64,000 nt of DNA from Chrysomallon squamiferum (taxonomy: Eukaryota > Animalia > Mollusca): the NCBI GenBank assembly GCA_012295275.1, contig CM022676.1, positions 16,182,001-16,246,000 of the forward strand. Reading direction: 5' to 3'. Positions 46,990 through 59,144 of the stretch are shown here, in pieces (position 1 is the stretch's first letter; the number at the start of each line of letters is the position of its first letter). Both the position numbers and the translations under genes were made by a program. The notes below the pieces were generated by a model. It saw only the letters and a list, made by a program, of their open reading frames with translations, made no database searches and was not told the DNA's origin.

Positions 46990-47244
46990 ATGGAGACCTT
47001 TCTGTTACTTTCATTCCTTCAGTTCCAGGAAACATTGTTGAAGGAGAGACTCTAAATGTAGGCTGTGTTGCTAATTGTGACTCATCTTGTGTCTACACGT
47101 GGAGAAGTGAAGATGGGTATTTGGTTAAGAGCTCTGTATTAACTGTTGGTCCTGTGAGCAGAAATCAGACGGGACAAACATTTATATGTATAGCAAATAG
47201 TTCTAAACATTCAGGAACTAAACATTTCCAGCTTAGAGTTCTTT
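46990..47244 (+). CDS. Ig-like domain exon 1: GDLSVTFIPSVPGNIVEGETLNVGCVANCDSSCVYTWRSEDGYLVKSSVLTVGPVSRNQTGQTFICIANSSKHSGTKHFQLRVL
   Basis: 255-nt open phase 1-1 exon, TGTAG/GTAAGT. Ig core EG..L.V.C...W...L....F.C.A. Absent from the ORF track. Confidence 0.88.
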
Positions 47245-48047
47245 GTAAGTTCCAGTTTCACAGATAAAGATGTAGCTTTAAATATATAAATAATATGTCA
47301 AACACAGAATAAAAAATCGATAAAAAAAAAAAAAAAACATTAAGATAAATATCGAATCCCCGTTTTCATTTTTAATTCATCTCAACAAAATGTGTTAAAA
47401 TAAATCATGTTAATAAGGTATAGAAATATTTTGAAATAATTAATTTATTCAGCGGTTTCTTCAAAGTTCTCGCTATGTTTTATTAGTGTCTATCTACATA
47501 TAAAACAAAAACTTGACAAAATATTTTAGGAAATAAAATGTTTTACATTTAGTGAGTAAAGTTTAAAAACATTTACCAGTTTTCTCTCGCATTCACTGCC
47601 AAACCATATTTTAAAAATCTTTCACTAACAGTAATATCTTTTTTGATTATCTTTAAATTATATTGCATTTTTCTCATTCTGTTGTCAAATTCTAACATTT
47701 TTAAATCCAGAACTGCCTGCAAAATCTGTTTTAGTGACTGTTTTAAAGTGCAATTATGATTATTTTTTATTTTTTTATTTATTACTTTACTTATTTATTT
47801 ATTTTTTATTATTATTTATTACAATTGTTGTTTCTTAACGTTCATTATCTCTCTCTTTTTTTGTTTTGATTCTTTTAATCGTATTTGAAGCGTGGTAAGC
47901 TTTTTTTTTTTTCAATTTTAAAAGAATAATTCAAAATGAACTGGAGAAACGTGTCTCACTAGACAGCGGATGTGTTGACTCTGTTTACCTATCGCGTTGG
48001 CAATACATGTATGAAAAACTTCAGCCTTATTTTATTTCAGCTACATA

Positions 48048-48340
48048 CAGTGGAAAACCGGGTTACGAACTTAATTCGTTCCAGAACTCAGTTCGTAAAC
48101 CGAATTGTTTGTAAACCGAAGCAATGTCAGACACACGAACGCCACTCTTATCTTTTGTAATTATTTCTTTCTTGACCTCTACTATGATATATTTATAATT
48201 TCCACCAGCATTTTAGCGTTCACGTTTCCTTTTCTTGGGCATAATAGGGTATAATAAGAATTATAGACATAAAAGCAGCAACACTTTAAAAAAAATGCCA
48301 CCGCACAAAATCAGTGAAAAAACTATTGAGCTGCAACTCA
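48048..48340 (+). mobile_element. Left end of a Tigger/pogo-like (Tc1/mariner superfamily) DNA transposon relic
   Basis: TA|CAGTGGAAAACCGGGTTACGAACTTAATTCGTTCC resembles Tigger-type TIR/subterminal sequence as I recall it. A decayed MPPHKISEK..TIEL start lies at about 48295. No right TIR found. Confidence 0.5.
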
Positions 48341-48653
48341 ATATATTTGCTATAGGGTATGCCTATAATCCTTACTTTGACTTCGATTTTGACGTAAGCA
48401 TCTATTCTTGTCTTTACTAGATGTGCGTTCGTAAGTGAAAAATAAAAGTTAAAGAGTTGCAAACAATGCTTATGTTTCTACAACATACACGCATACAAAG
48501 ATACAGAATTACTTTTCGAGTAAAACAACTGACACTTTGTGCACTAGTATCGAGAGATGATATTGAATATTAAATTGCTAGTGTTTGACTTGTTTCACTT
48601 GCAGATCAAACGTCAGTGATTTTACATGTAGTGAATGTTGTCTATCATTGCAG

Positions 48654-48932
48654 ATCAAACTTCTATTACAACTTTGACGTTAAACTCAAATTCTACAAAG
48701 ATAACAGTTGATGAGCAGACTCCCATGACTCTGAGATGTGAAGCTGACAGTAATCCAGCAGCTCACATCAAACTGTTAAACAACTCACACATTCTACGTG
48801 AAGTGAACAACTCCAAGTCAGTGCAGTACAGCTGGAATGAAGCTGGATGTCTGGATACAGGATTTTACACTTGTGAAGCAGGAAACAACATCAAGTCTGA
48901 TGTCAGTCAACGCGTGCAGCTTGTTGTTAAAT
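48654..48932 (+). CDS. Ig-like domain exon 2 (QTSITTLTLN...LRCEADSNPAAHI...DTGFYTCEAGN...VQLVVK)
   Basis: 279-nt phase 1-1 exon, TGCAG/GTAAGA; L.C.ADSNP and D.G.Y.C Ig motifs. The canonical C-strand Trp is replaced by Leu. Confidence 0.92.
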
Positions 48933-48998
48933 GTAAGATATTAACACCAGTAATTATTTTGGTATGCAATGAATTAAAACTAAAAGGAAATTAAACCT

Positions 48999-49038
<40 letters not shown>

Positions 49039-49258
49039 GTAATCACAAAATAGAATATCAGTAATAGTAAATAAAAGTAACTAATACACACTTATATACA
49101 AGTACACAGATCAGATATACACACATACAGGCAGACACACAGAGACGTGATAAGACATTTACTCACACACACACACATACGTACACTCTTTTCTTTCTTC
49201 TTCTGATATGGTCAGGTTTCTCAACGTTTATTAGCTTGACTGTGCTTTTGTCTACAAG

Positions 49259-49558
49259 GTCCACCGAGAATTCCTTCCAATGTGAACATAAAGAGAATCA
49301 GCTCTTCTGCCGTCTCAGTGTCTTGGACAGAGGAATTTAACGGCGGCTTCGTGCAAACATTCATTGTACAGTACAGAGAAAACACGTCAACACAGTGGAA
49401 CAACGTCACAGAGAAATTTCTAGAACGTGGTCTACATACAACGCATACAACAGTGATAGCATCTCTGAAATCAGACAGGAAGTATGTTGTGAGGATTTTG
49501 GCTTATAACAAATACGGAGATAAAGGTTTTACAGATGAGAGGGATATTATGATGACAG
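49259..49558 (+). CDS. Fibronectin type III exon (PPRIPSNVNIKRISSSAVSVSWTEEFNGGFVQTFIVQY...LKSDRKYVVRILAYNKYG...)
   Basis: 300-nt phase 1-1 exon, ACAAG/GTGCGT; nephrin-type FN3 motifs W...F.GG..Q.F.V.Y and L....Y....A.N..G. Confidence 0.92.
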
Positions 49559-49689
49559 GTGCGTATATTAATAATAAGGTATCATACATTTCTATACAGT
49601 TATGTATCATATAATTTTGCTTGTTTCCAGTCTCGATAACACTGGAAACACTTATATGGTTCATTTTGTTAAAAGCAGTAATTATTTGT

Positions 49690-50240
49690 TTTACTTGTAC
49701 ATTTGAAAACAAATTGTACAAGTCATGTCGTATGTAAACACTTGTTAATAATAATGATTGTGGTATTCTTGTTTTTCCTATACAGCATACTCATATAGTT
49801 TTATTGGTTTATACTATGTATTTAACTACAAGTTTTGTTTTCTTAACCATCTTTCTTTTGTTTTAACTGGTACATTTTAAGAAAATTGTACAAGTCATGC
49901 CGTATGTAAACACTTGTTAATAATAATGATGGTGGTGTTCTTGTTTTTCCTATACAGCATACTCATATAGTTTTATTGGTTTATACTATGTATTTAACTA
50001 AAAGTTTTGTTTTCTTAACCATCTTTCTTTTGTTTTAACTTGTACATTTTAAAAAAATTGTACAAGTCATGTCGTATTTAAACACTTGTTAATAATAATG
50101 ATGGTGGTGTTCTTGTTTTTCCTATACAGCATACTCATATAGTTTTATTGGTTTATACTATGGATTTGACTAAAGGTTTTTTTTTTCTTAGCCATTTTTC
50201 TTTTGTTTTAACTTGTAAATTTAAAAAAAAAATGTGCAAG
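49690..50240. repeat. Tandem repeat, 172-bp unit, about 3.2 copies
   Basis: 'tgtacaagtcatg' recurs at 49715, 49887 and 50059 with near-identical intervening sequence. Confidence 0.95.
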
Positions 50241-50340
50241 TGAAATAGGATACACATAATCTTAATAACAATAATGTTGATATTCTAATATTTATACTGT
50301 CTTGCTAGTTTTTTCCAGAACACACACATTCACATACACC

Positions 50341-50476
<136 letters not shown>

Positions 50477-51418
50477 ATAAACATACAAACACACATCATA
50501 TAATTTTTGTTTGTTTGTAATATATATTTAAGTGAAAACCAATTGATATTTTTTTTCAGTAACCTGGTTTTTGTTTTACCGTGAACGATTGAAAATATAT
50601 TATTTTGTATATAAATATTTCTAGTTTACTAACCAGCTTTATGAGATAGTTAAGTACTTGTTTTGTGCTTTGCATTACATACGCACTATTGTTCATTAGC
50701 AATTTACAGAAACGTATCTTGATTATATTGTTATTTATATCTATGAATCACCGGATAAAAATGGTGAAGCTTCTGCTGAAGTTTTCAGACGCAGCCTTTG
50801 ACTTCTGAAACGTAAGCTGAACATATTAAGTATTTTCATGTTTAATACAGGTATACCATTTTCTTTTGTTAACATTTGGAAATATACTTAGAATGTTTTG
50901 TTACTACTGATTTTGCTGTCTATAAATAGTTAGTTTATATGTTGTTAGTATTCTTTACATAATTTTATGGGTTATCACTTTAAATAGCGATTTCAGTAGG
51001 TTTAATGTCATTTTAATATTTCATTAACATACATTTTGTTTTCATTTTTTACGTAGTTTATTTTTATCTTTGCCCATACGATACCAATAATTAAGATTTT
51101 CTTTAATGCCTCCTACTTCTGAGCTATATAGATGGATATTTATTTCAAATATTTTATATTCTATTGATGAACAATTTCTCTCTAAAATGTTTTTAGATTT
51201 TCTTTATTCTGTACTTTTAATTATAGTTGTTAATGTCTATGAATTCTTTTAATATTTGCATAATTATTATTATTATAGTTTTAAGTTAGTATGCTTCGAT
51301 TACATTTCATACTTTTTTTATTTCGATTTTTCATGTTAATTGATTTTTGTGGCATTTATACTCGCGTTTTCATTGATAATATTTGATTATTCATTCGTTG
51401 TTTCATTCCTTCACTTTT

Positions 51419-51579
51419 GTCCACCGAGCAAATCTTCCAACTGTGGGCCGTTACTCTTCCTGCATCTCAGAGAAAACACGTCAAGACACTGGAACAACTT
51501 CATAGAGAAATTTCCAGGACGTCGTCTACATACAACCCATACAACAGTGATAGAATCTGTGACATCAAAGACGAAGTAA
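51419..51579 (+). pseudogene. Decayed duplicate of the FN3 exon
   Basis: CPPSKSSN...RENTSRHWNNFIEKFPGRRLHTTHTTVIES matches the FN3 exon (RENTSTQWNNVTEKFLERGLHTTHTTVIAS). It has an internal deletion and no acceptor AG. Confidence 0.9.
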
Positions 51580-52089
51580 ATTTATTAGCAGACTTTTAGT
51601 TGCCTAAGAATATCAAACAAAAACAATTCCAGTTGAAATAATTTTAACTTTAAGAAATTTGATTAAGAGTATGAGCAGAAACAAGGGTCTAAACATTACA
51701 ATACCGCGAAATGTTCGATAACGAAATTTATAAATAAATAAACAAATAAATATCCTCAGTATTTTCACATATTGATTTTTAAAACTGTGCTGCAATACAG
51801 CTGAAGGTTAATTCTAACTTATATTAATATGTGAAGCCTTTTTATCTCCTAAAACATGACAATATTAATTAATAGTTTTATCTATCATTTCACTGGAATC
51901 AGTTGTTTTCTTTTAACTTGTATTTCTATTTCCTTACTTATATCTGTCATATTTTAAATCTTTATTTCACTATCTTGATTGCGTTTTAATACATGTACCT
52001 TTAGGTTATATTTTGTTATGCTGTACATAAATCAAGCAGGAATAGTATGCATGGTATATTTGTGTTCAAATGAACAAGTGTTATTTCAG

Positions 52090-52206
52090 ATGACGTGTCT
52101 AATGAAACTTTGATAGCAGTGGATGTTGCATCTGTATCAGGGATTCTCGTTTTAACCCACCTTGTTATTGCAACTATTTTCAAATGTCGAGGACTGAAAG
52201 AAAACG
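52090..52206 (+). CDS. Putative transmembrane exon: DVSNETLIAVDVASVSGILVLTHLVIATIFKCRGLKEN
   Basis: 117-nt open phase 1-1 exon, TTTCAG/GTTGGT. A ~24-aa hydrophobic stretch followed by basic residues, at the expected position after FN3. Confidence 0.7.
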
Positions 52207-52350
52207 GTTGGTACTGTTTGCTTCTTTGTTCTTGTTTTATTTTTAGTTTTGAAATATACTTTTGAGTGCATCTTCCTCTGTGTGTGTGCGTGTGTGTGTG
52301 TGTGTGCCTGTAATGTGGGTGTGTTTATGTGTGTCTGTGTGTTTCTGTTT

Positions 52351-52386
<36 letters not shown>

Positions 52387-52688
52387 CTGCAGCGTGGCTG
52401 TGTCTGGGAGAGAGATCGGGAGATGAGTATCAGTTAAACAAATAAATAGAAAAGAAAATTGTAACAAGAAAATTAAATTAATTATAATATTTGCAATTTT
52501 ATCATCATCATCATTCTTATTACTATTATTATTCACAATATAATAAAAACTGCATGTATGAATTGCTTTTGTATAATATAACTGATATTGTGATAATTTT
52601 TACGAGGTCACATCGTATTATATTTTGTGTTTGTTTGCTTGTTTGTTTGTTATTTCAGTACCTGTAATCTTTTTGTTTTTGTTTTCAG

Positions 52689-52722
52689 GAAATGCAAACG
52701 ATGAGCATGCACGTGAAACAAG
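52689..52722 (+). CDS. Putative small cytoplasmic exon (NANDEHARET), phase 1-2
   Basis: Long polypyrimidine tract plus CAG, AAG|GTAATA donor, open hydrophilic frame. Confidence 0.5.
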
Positions 52723-53127
52723 GTAATACTAACTCATAGATTAGATGAATATAGCTTATTATTTTTGTAACAATGTCTTCGTGCATAACAGCGGTATCAT
52801 TTTATTCTTTATAAAATGTACGAGTATATTTATTTTGCAAACGAAACGTTAAGGATCTGTTGATAAAACATCCTATCCTCCTTTAATGATGATGTTATTT
52901 CATTATCGGAGGTCTTTCTTTTGAAGCCGTTATTTGTGTGTTGAAATGAAGCCTTTAAATTTAAATGACATCCTCGGTTCAAAGGTTCTATAACCAGTGA
53001 ACATTTAACCTTGTTTAAGAATCTGGTTTTGTTGTGTTAGTCTGTCTACGTTTAACTACTGATGAATGGATTATTATTTTTGAAACGTAGCACAAATATT
53101 TGTACATGCCTTGTTATTTCTCTATAG

Positions 53128-53210
53128 GTAACAGTCTAGAGCTAAGTGAGTCAACTGATGAGAATCCGTTTGAAGTATTTGGGATTGATGATAATGCACC
53201 AACATATTAA
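53128..53210 (+). CDS. Putative terminal cytoplasmic exon (NSLELSESTDENPFEVFGIDDNAPTY*)
   Basis: TTTCTCTATAG acceptor; open acidic frame in phase 1 ending in TAA; GC-richer than its flanks. Confidence 0.45.
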
Positions 53211-55489
53211 AATATCTCTTTATTAATGTATTTACTTAAAACATCGACACAGATTATGTTATTAATTTTACAATACGTATACATACGCATAAAAACATAC
53301 TTACATGGGTTAAACATTTGGCAATTATTCAGAATTATTGAATTTGATTAACCAACAGAGGCAATTAAATATATATGTTTTGCTTTTCATACAAGAACCT
53401 CGTTATACACATTTGTTTCAAATCTTGTTTGATACTTGCATTATCTTTACGTTAGGACAATGTAATATGCAGTGTATGTTTGTATAGTAAGTTATGTTTT
53501 AAAATTAAAGTGTGTTTCTTTCAATTAACTTGTACTGTACAGCATATCATTGCGATAAATCTGTAAAACTGTGATTACACTTTTTTTAGTCATATTCTGA
53601 TTAATCTATACATAGTAAATTTTATAATCTAACATTCTGTAAACATGATTGTAACTGGTTGTAGCTGTGTTAAATCACTGGTTAAAACCAGTGTATACAA
53701 TCCATTAATTATACACTAAACACACATGTATGTCACTCTTGTCTAAATACTTATTTCTGACTTCACGATTTATAAACAAGTTAAGTGTGCTTTGTATATA
53801 ACTTACATTATATTCATTTTAAGATAGGAAACAGTGAACGTAAGAATAAAAAATCTCACACTATCAATAAGAAACTAAAATCATTAAACAAGTTTCTAAT
53901 GATATGTAATTATTTCCGTAAATTTGGGACAAAGCGTTCTTTTTCAGTTTCCTACAGCTTTTATAATTTAAACTTATTATCTGTTTTTCTATCTGTCTGT
54001 CTATCCGTCTCTATTTATTTATTTGTTTTTATTTATCTATCTCTATTTTTATAAATTATTTATTATATTCATCAAAGTCATCATCTTTCTTTTATTTTTT
54101 TGTTTTGATTAATTAATTTTAATTTTTTATTTATTTATTTATTTATTAACCTTATTATTATTATTATTATTACTATTATTTTTACATATTTATATTTTTA
54201 TTATTATTATTATTAATGCATCATATAATATATCGTTTAAAATCTGATTTTGTTGTGTTATGTCTACGTTTAACCACTGATGCATGGATTATTAAAATTA
54301 TTATTATTATTATTGTGTTGTTGTTGTGGCGTGTATGTGTGTGTGTATGTATATGGAACGCTCGGTCCCAGTCTAATTTAAGGGAGGTAACCCATATTAA
54401 CTATTCAATATCTTTAGTGCTAGACTGATCGCTCTGTTTGTCACTTTGCATATAAATCCATCTAATACTTATGATTTCAGATACAAATTTGCTGACTTTG
54501 TCAGACATATCTCCAAAGTAAATAAACGTAATTTTCTTGTTACACACACTTGTGTTTGTCTAGAGTACAACTTTCAAAACTTTGTGATATCAGGAAAATA
54601 TATTTATTCTAAGAATTTCATCAGTCTAATCATGCTTATTTTGAGATACTTATCTGTTTGTGTTTGTTGAAGATTATCAAAAACAATTTACATATGTATG
54701 TGTGTGTTTGTGTGTGCGAGACAGAGAGACAGAGTTCATGCATGTGTATATGTGTGATGGATATATAGTTATGTACATACACAAAAATGTGAGTGACAGT
54801 CTCATGCTTTCTTGTAATTTATTTGTAGATGAACCTTTGGCAAAGATAGTAAACTGTAAGAGATAGACAAGAAAAGGCGCACTGGCTCCTTCTATTAGCA
54901 GTATCAAAGTTGGAGTATAGCACTATACAGGATGTTGAATTTACCTCAGCAAAGGTGAAGGAAGCACAATTAGATCAGTACTTGTATATGAACTCAGGCC
55001 TGAAGGAAAGGAAATTTTACAACCTGTCGAACCTGCTTTCTGCACTGAAAGTTGAAGTATAACACTATACAGGATGTTGAACTTACCTCAGCAAAGAACC
55101 TCATTGACATGTGCAAATCATGGAACGATACGTAACGAAGAAACTTTCATTGTGATGGAGTTCAATTAGCGCCTGTCAAAAATGTTTCAATGATATAGTG
55201 AGAAAATCAAAACGAACACAATTTGAGTTTGTTATAATTATAGAAAATGTTAATAAGTCAAATTTAGTCAAATGAACTGTAACATAATGTAAATGAATAC
55301 GAAAATAAGTTAAAATTGAACATAATATTTATTTTGAAGACAAATGTTGAGAAATAAAATGAACATGAACGGAACGGAATAGATTTGCTTAGCACATAAA
55401 TTGGATTTTTATATAAAGAGAATGCAAAATTTTCGTTGCTAATAGTGATAAAAGTAATCTTTTTGTTATTTATTCATGTACGAAAGTAT

Positions 55490-55566
<77 letters not shown>

Positions 55567-56325
55567 GAGAGAGATAGTGGTTATCTCATATACTATTTTT
55601 GAAAGTTAGATCTGATATTTACCCTTAGTGTAAAACATACAAATGCAAAGATACCAATTATATCATTAAATAATTCATAATTAAGAAAACAAACTGAAAG
55701 TGAATTCCTGTTCTTGTTTAGTTTACGTTTTGGATGTTTTCTAATTATTACCAGATTTGTTTGAAAAGGTGGTCACGTGACAAATAACGTCTTTATTATT
55801 TTTTGTTACAAAATTGTAAATACTAATTAAATACCAAATAAACGTTTCATTAGTCAGTAATTGTTATCAGTACTTAGCGATGATTGGTATTTTCTTTGTG
55901 TGTATGTATGTGTCATGAAAATATGATTAATAATTAAATATAAACAATAATTTTATTATAAAATTGTAATTACAAATTAAATTAAACTGTGAAATTTATT
56001 AATACAAAATAATTATCATTTTATACTTTTTTCTTAAAACAATTTCTAATGTTAGTAGAAAGAAATAAAAGCTTTCAGATGTGTGATTGGATTAGACTGA
56101 AGTAAGTACAGAGAACATGGATAGATATTAAATGAAAATGAATAAAATGACTTGATGATCACTGTAAAATAGTTCCACAGGAATTCAACAGAATTCTAAA
56201 CACGAGACAATAGACATGCACACATACATATATGGAACAACGCATAGAAATATTCACGGACAGAAATAAAGACATAAACAGATACATCCTCACTAACACA
56301 CAAGCATATATGAATCTTTACTTAC

Positions 56326-56952
56326 CCTGTATCGTAACTTCAAGTCTAACATACTTACTGGTGTTATTTGAAAGTCTGTTATTTTGAGCTGACAGATGAA
56401 TATCATAAACTTGTTTAGACTGAAGATTTGTTATGTTAAAAAGTATTTTATATTTTTGTGTTGAGACATCAAACCATTTACTTTTCCAAGTAATGCAGTT
56501 AGAGTCTCTTTGTGGTTTGTACTGAAATATAAATCTTTGTTTGAAATTACCACCTGGGTAGTTGGGTAGCTATGACATGAACACTGTGTCTGATGTTGAT
56601 TTTCTTTCTTGTTGGAACTCTTAAGGAGGAAGAGGTGGACCTGCTGCAATTAGGTTCACAGAAAACTGAGAACATCCAACTTCATTACAGAGAATCAGTT
56701 TGTATCTTCCAATGTCATCTTCAGTAAATTTACTGATACTGAGAGAAAATTAGTAACCAATTTTACTGTGTATTTGTAGTGTGATGTTTTCTTTTGTGAC
56801 CTGAATGTTGTTAAAATCAGTTTGATCATCAGATTTACTCCACTTAAAATTTCTGTAACTTGGTTTACAAAACACAGATTTGTGTAATACAACAGGATTT
56901 CCTATCTCAGCTCCCACAATGTTGTCAATTTTGTTGATGATCTTAGGTGCAG
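56326..56952 (-). pseudogene. Single exon encoding Ig-like plus FN3 domains with three in-frame stops
   Basis: APKII...DIGRYKLILCNEVG...LIAAGPPLPP*...FMS*LPNYPGGNFKQRFIFQY...NLQSKQVYDIHLSAQN; 627 nt, TTCAG/GTAAGT. Confidence 0.85.
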
Positions 56953-57464
56953 CTGAAGGCAAAAATATCCATATTAATTATAATCATTTAAACTACTTTA
57001 ACATTAAAAACAGATTACATTTGAAAGTATAATTATATTAATGATAAAAATGTAACTACTATATTGTTATGTGTGTTTATTTTAAATATGTGAATAGTAA
57101 TAATTCTTAACAAACGTAATTTGAAATATTGTAGTGTTCCAGAGGATTTAATCAATTTTTACAATACATGAAAAATATTTAGAAATATTAAGAAATAAAA
57201 ATATCTGAATTCTTAAAACACATAGATTTCAAAAATGCAATTATGTTGAGTAATAATAAACATAAAACGTTTCTTAGTTTGTCAGAACTATTAATAAAGC
57301 GGTCACTGACTGAATGCTGTTAAGTATAACTCATTTTCATACATTATTGAATATGTTTTTTCTTTCAAACTTTTAATTACTGAACCAATACTGTTTAGTT
57401 ATCATTTAATCTCTTGATCATAAAATTCATGCTGATCTCATAAATGATTTTTCTCCCAAACTAA

Positions 57465-58443
57465 TTAACAAAGCAATGACAGCTGGGTACAGCCTAACAG
57501 ATAAAAGTCATCAGAATAATCTCCCCATCGACTGTCTGCTTGATTTATTCGATAAACTAATTTTATTGTATAGTTGTGAAATACGGTGTTTTACAAATAT
57601 ACAACTAATAGAAAGACTCCATATGAAATTGTGTAAGTATTTACTAAATGGTAATACATGTACCCCTGATTTTATGATCTGTGGTGAACTAGGATGGCAT
57701 CCCTTTGTATTTCTATAAAAGTAAGAATGATAACCTTTTGGGGGAACGTAATTTGCAAAACCCAAAACAAGATTGCCTCACAACTCTATTATTTAATGCA
57801 TGTTATCGATTCTCCTTGGAACAGATTTGTAACAAATATTCAAGATGATTTTGATTTAACATATATATGGACGTATTACAACTTTGATAATATTAAATGA
57901 TTGCATATCCAAAATATTATATGATCAGTTTTAACAATTATGGACAAATCAAACTGAAACGTCTTTAAAAGGTATTAATTATATATATTTTCTTTTAAAT
58001 GAACTGAAATTAGAAAACTGTCTTATTTTGTTCAGAAGAATGCTAATATCTTATGTAAATTTAGAACCGCGAATGGTAAACTTCCTATTGAAACTGGGCG
58101 ATGGTATAATATTCTTAGGGAAAACAGAAAATGTCATATCTATAATCTTAACAAAATTGGAGATGAATGTAATGATCCTATATTATTAAATGAGACAAAA
58201 GGTATCCCCGATAAATATATGAGACATTCAAATGTAATTCCTTATAATAATTTGTTTAACAGTAAAATACATATTTGTATTAAAAAGCTGTGTTTGTTAA
58301 TAAGGACTGTATGTGAGAGTATGCCCTCCTGTTTAAAATTCCACACATGTGTATTACAATTTTGTTATTATGTAGCTGTAATACATTCTTCCCTGTACTG
58401 TAATCCTACAGTTTATGAGAATAAAGTCATTGTCATTGTCATA
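57465..58443 (+). mobile_element. 5'-truncated, decayed non-LTR retrotransposon (LINE ORF2 C-terminus, RTE-X-like)
   Basis: Motifs LFDKL/ILLYSCEI, TPDFMICGELG, IKVRMITFW and KFRTANGKLPIETGRWYNILRENRKC across frameshifts. Ends AATAAA plus a (GTCATT)n tail. Clade assignment tentative. Confidence 0.8.
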
Positions 58444-59095
58444 ATCATTTTGTTCTCTTTCCAGAGCTTCACTCATAATACCAAATAAAACGGTGTTGAC
58501 TTATCTCTATCCCTCATCTACAAATATCACAGCCAGTCTAAGTTCAAAGCTTGTTTCTGGTTACTGCTCAACAAAGCAAACATTGAGAGACTGACAAATG
58601 TATAAGTCATACAGGTGTTAAATTTACTGTTGCATGGACAACAAAAGTTAGTTCAATCATAGACCAGTATACAAGTCCTTCTTAAAATATTAGTTTTGTT
58701 GCACGGATGCAATTTGTTACAGCATGAGACAGAGATGAAAGAAATCTCTCAGCACCAATGATAAATTCGCAGATTATTAATCAAATGTGTTGATGTGTAG
58801 ACTCAATGTTTGACCCCTCAATCTTTGGTAGCATATAAAGCGACTAGCTTTATGTTTATCTATGCTTTTCTGTAAATATGGAGTAATAAATAAAATTTTC
58901 GATGAAGCTTACTTCATTAATTTGATTCACCAGGAAACTGATTTATTTAAAAAAAATATTTTTACCCTTAAATACGTTTGAATTTTATATATATATATAT
59001 ATATATATAGTGATTGCTATGTCAACTGTTAGCACAGTTTTAAGGAAATAAAATTAAAAAATTGAGTTTATCATATATTTGAAAAAAAGCTGTAT

Positions 59096-59144
<49 letters not shown>

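Noticed and set aside
48599-48660. Duplicated 'ttgcagatcaaac' acceptor 49 nt upstream of Ig exon 2, or a 7-nt microexon ending GTCAGT
   Set aside because: Use would be out of frame and the intron to the next acceptor would be very short; most likely a small local duplication.
49690-50240. Regularly spaced repeat as a CRISPR array
   Set aside because: The whole 172-bp unit is repeated with no unique spacers, there are no cas genes, and the DNA is eukaryotic.
50740-50812. GC-richer stretch ending in a GTAAGC donor-like site as a stalk exon
   Set aside because: No adjacent acceptor giving an open phase 1-1 frame.
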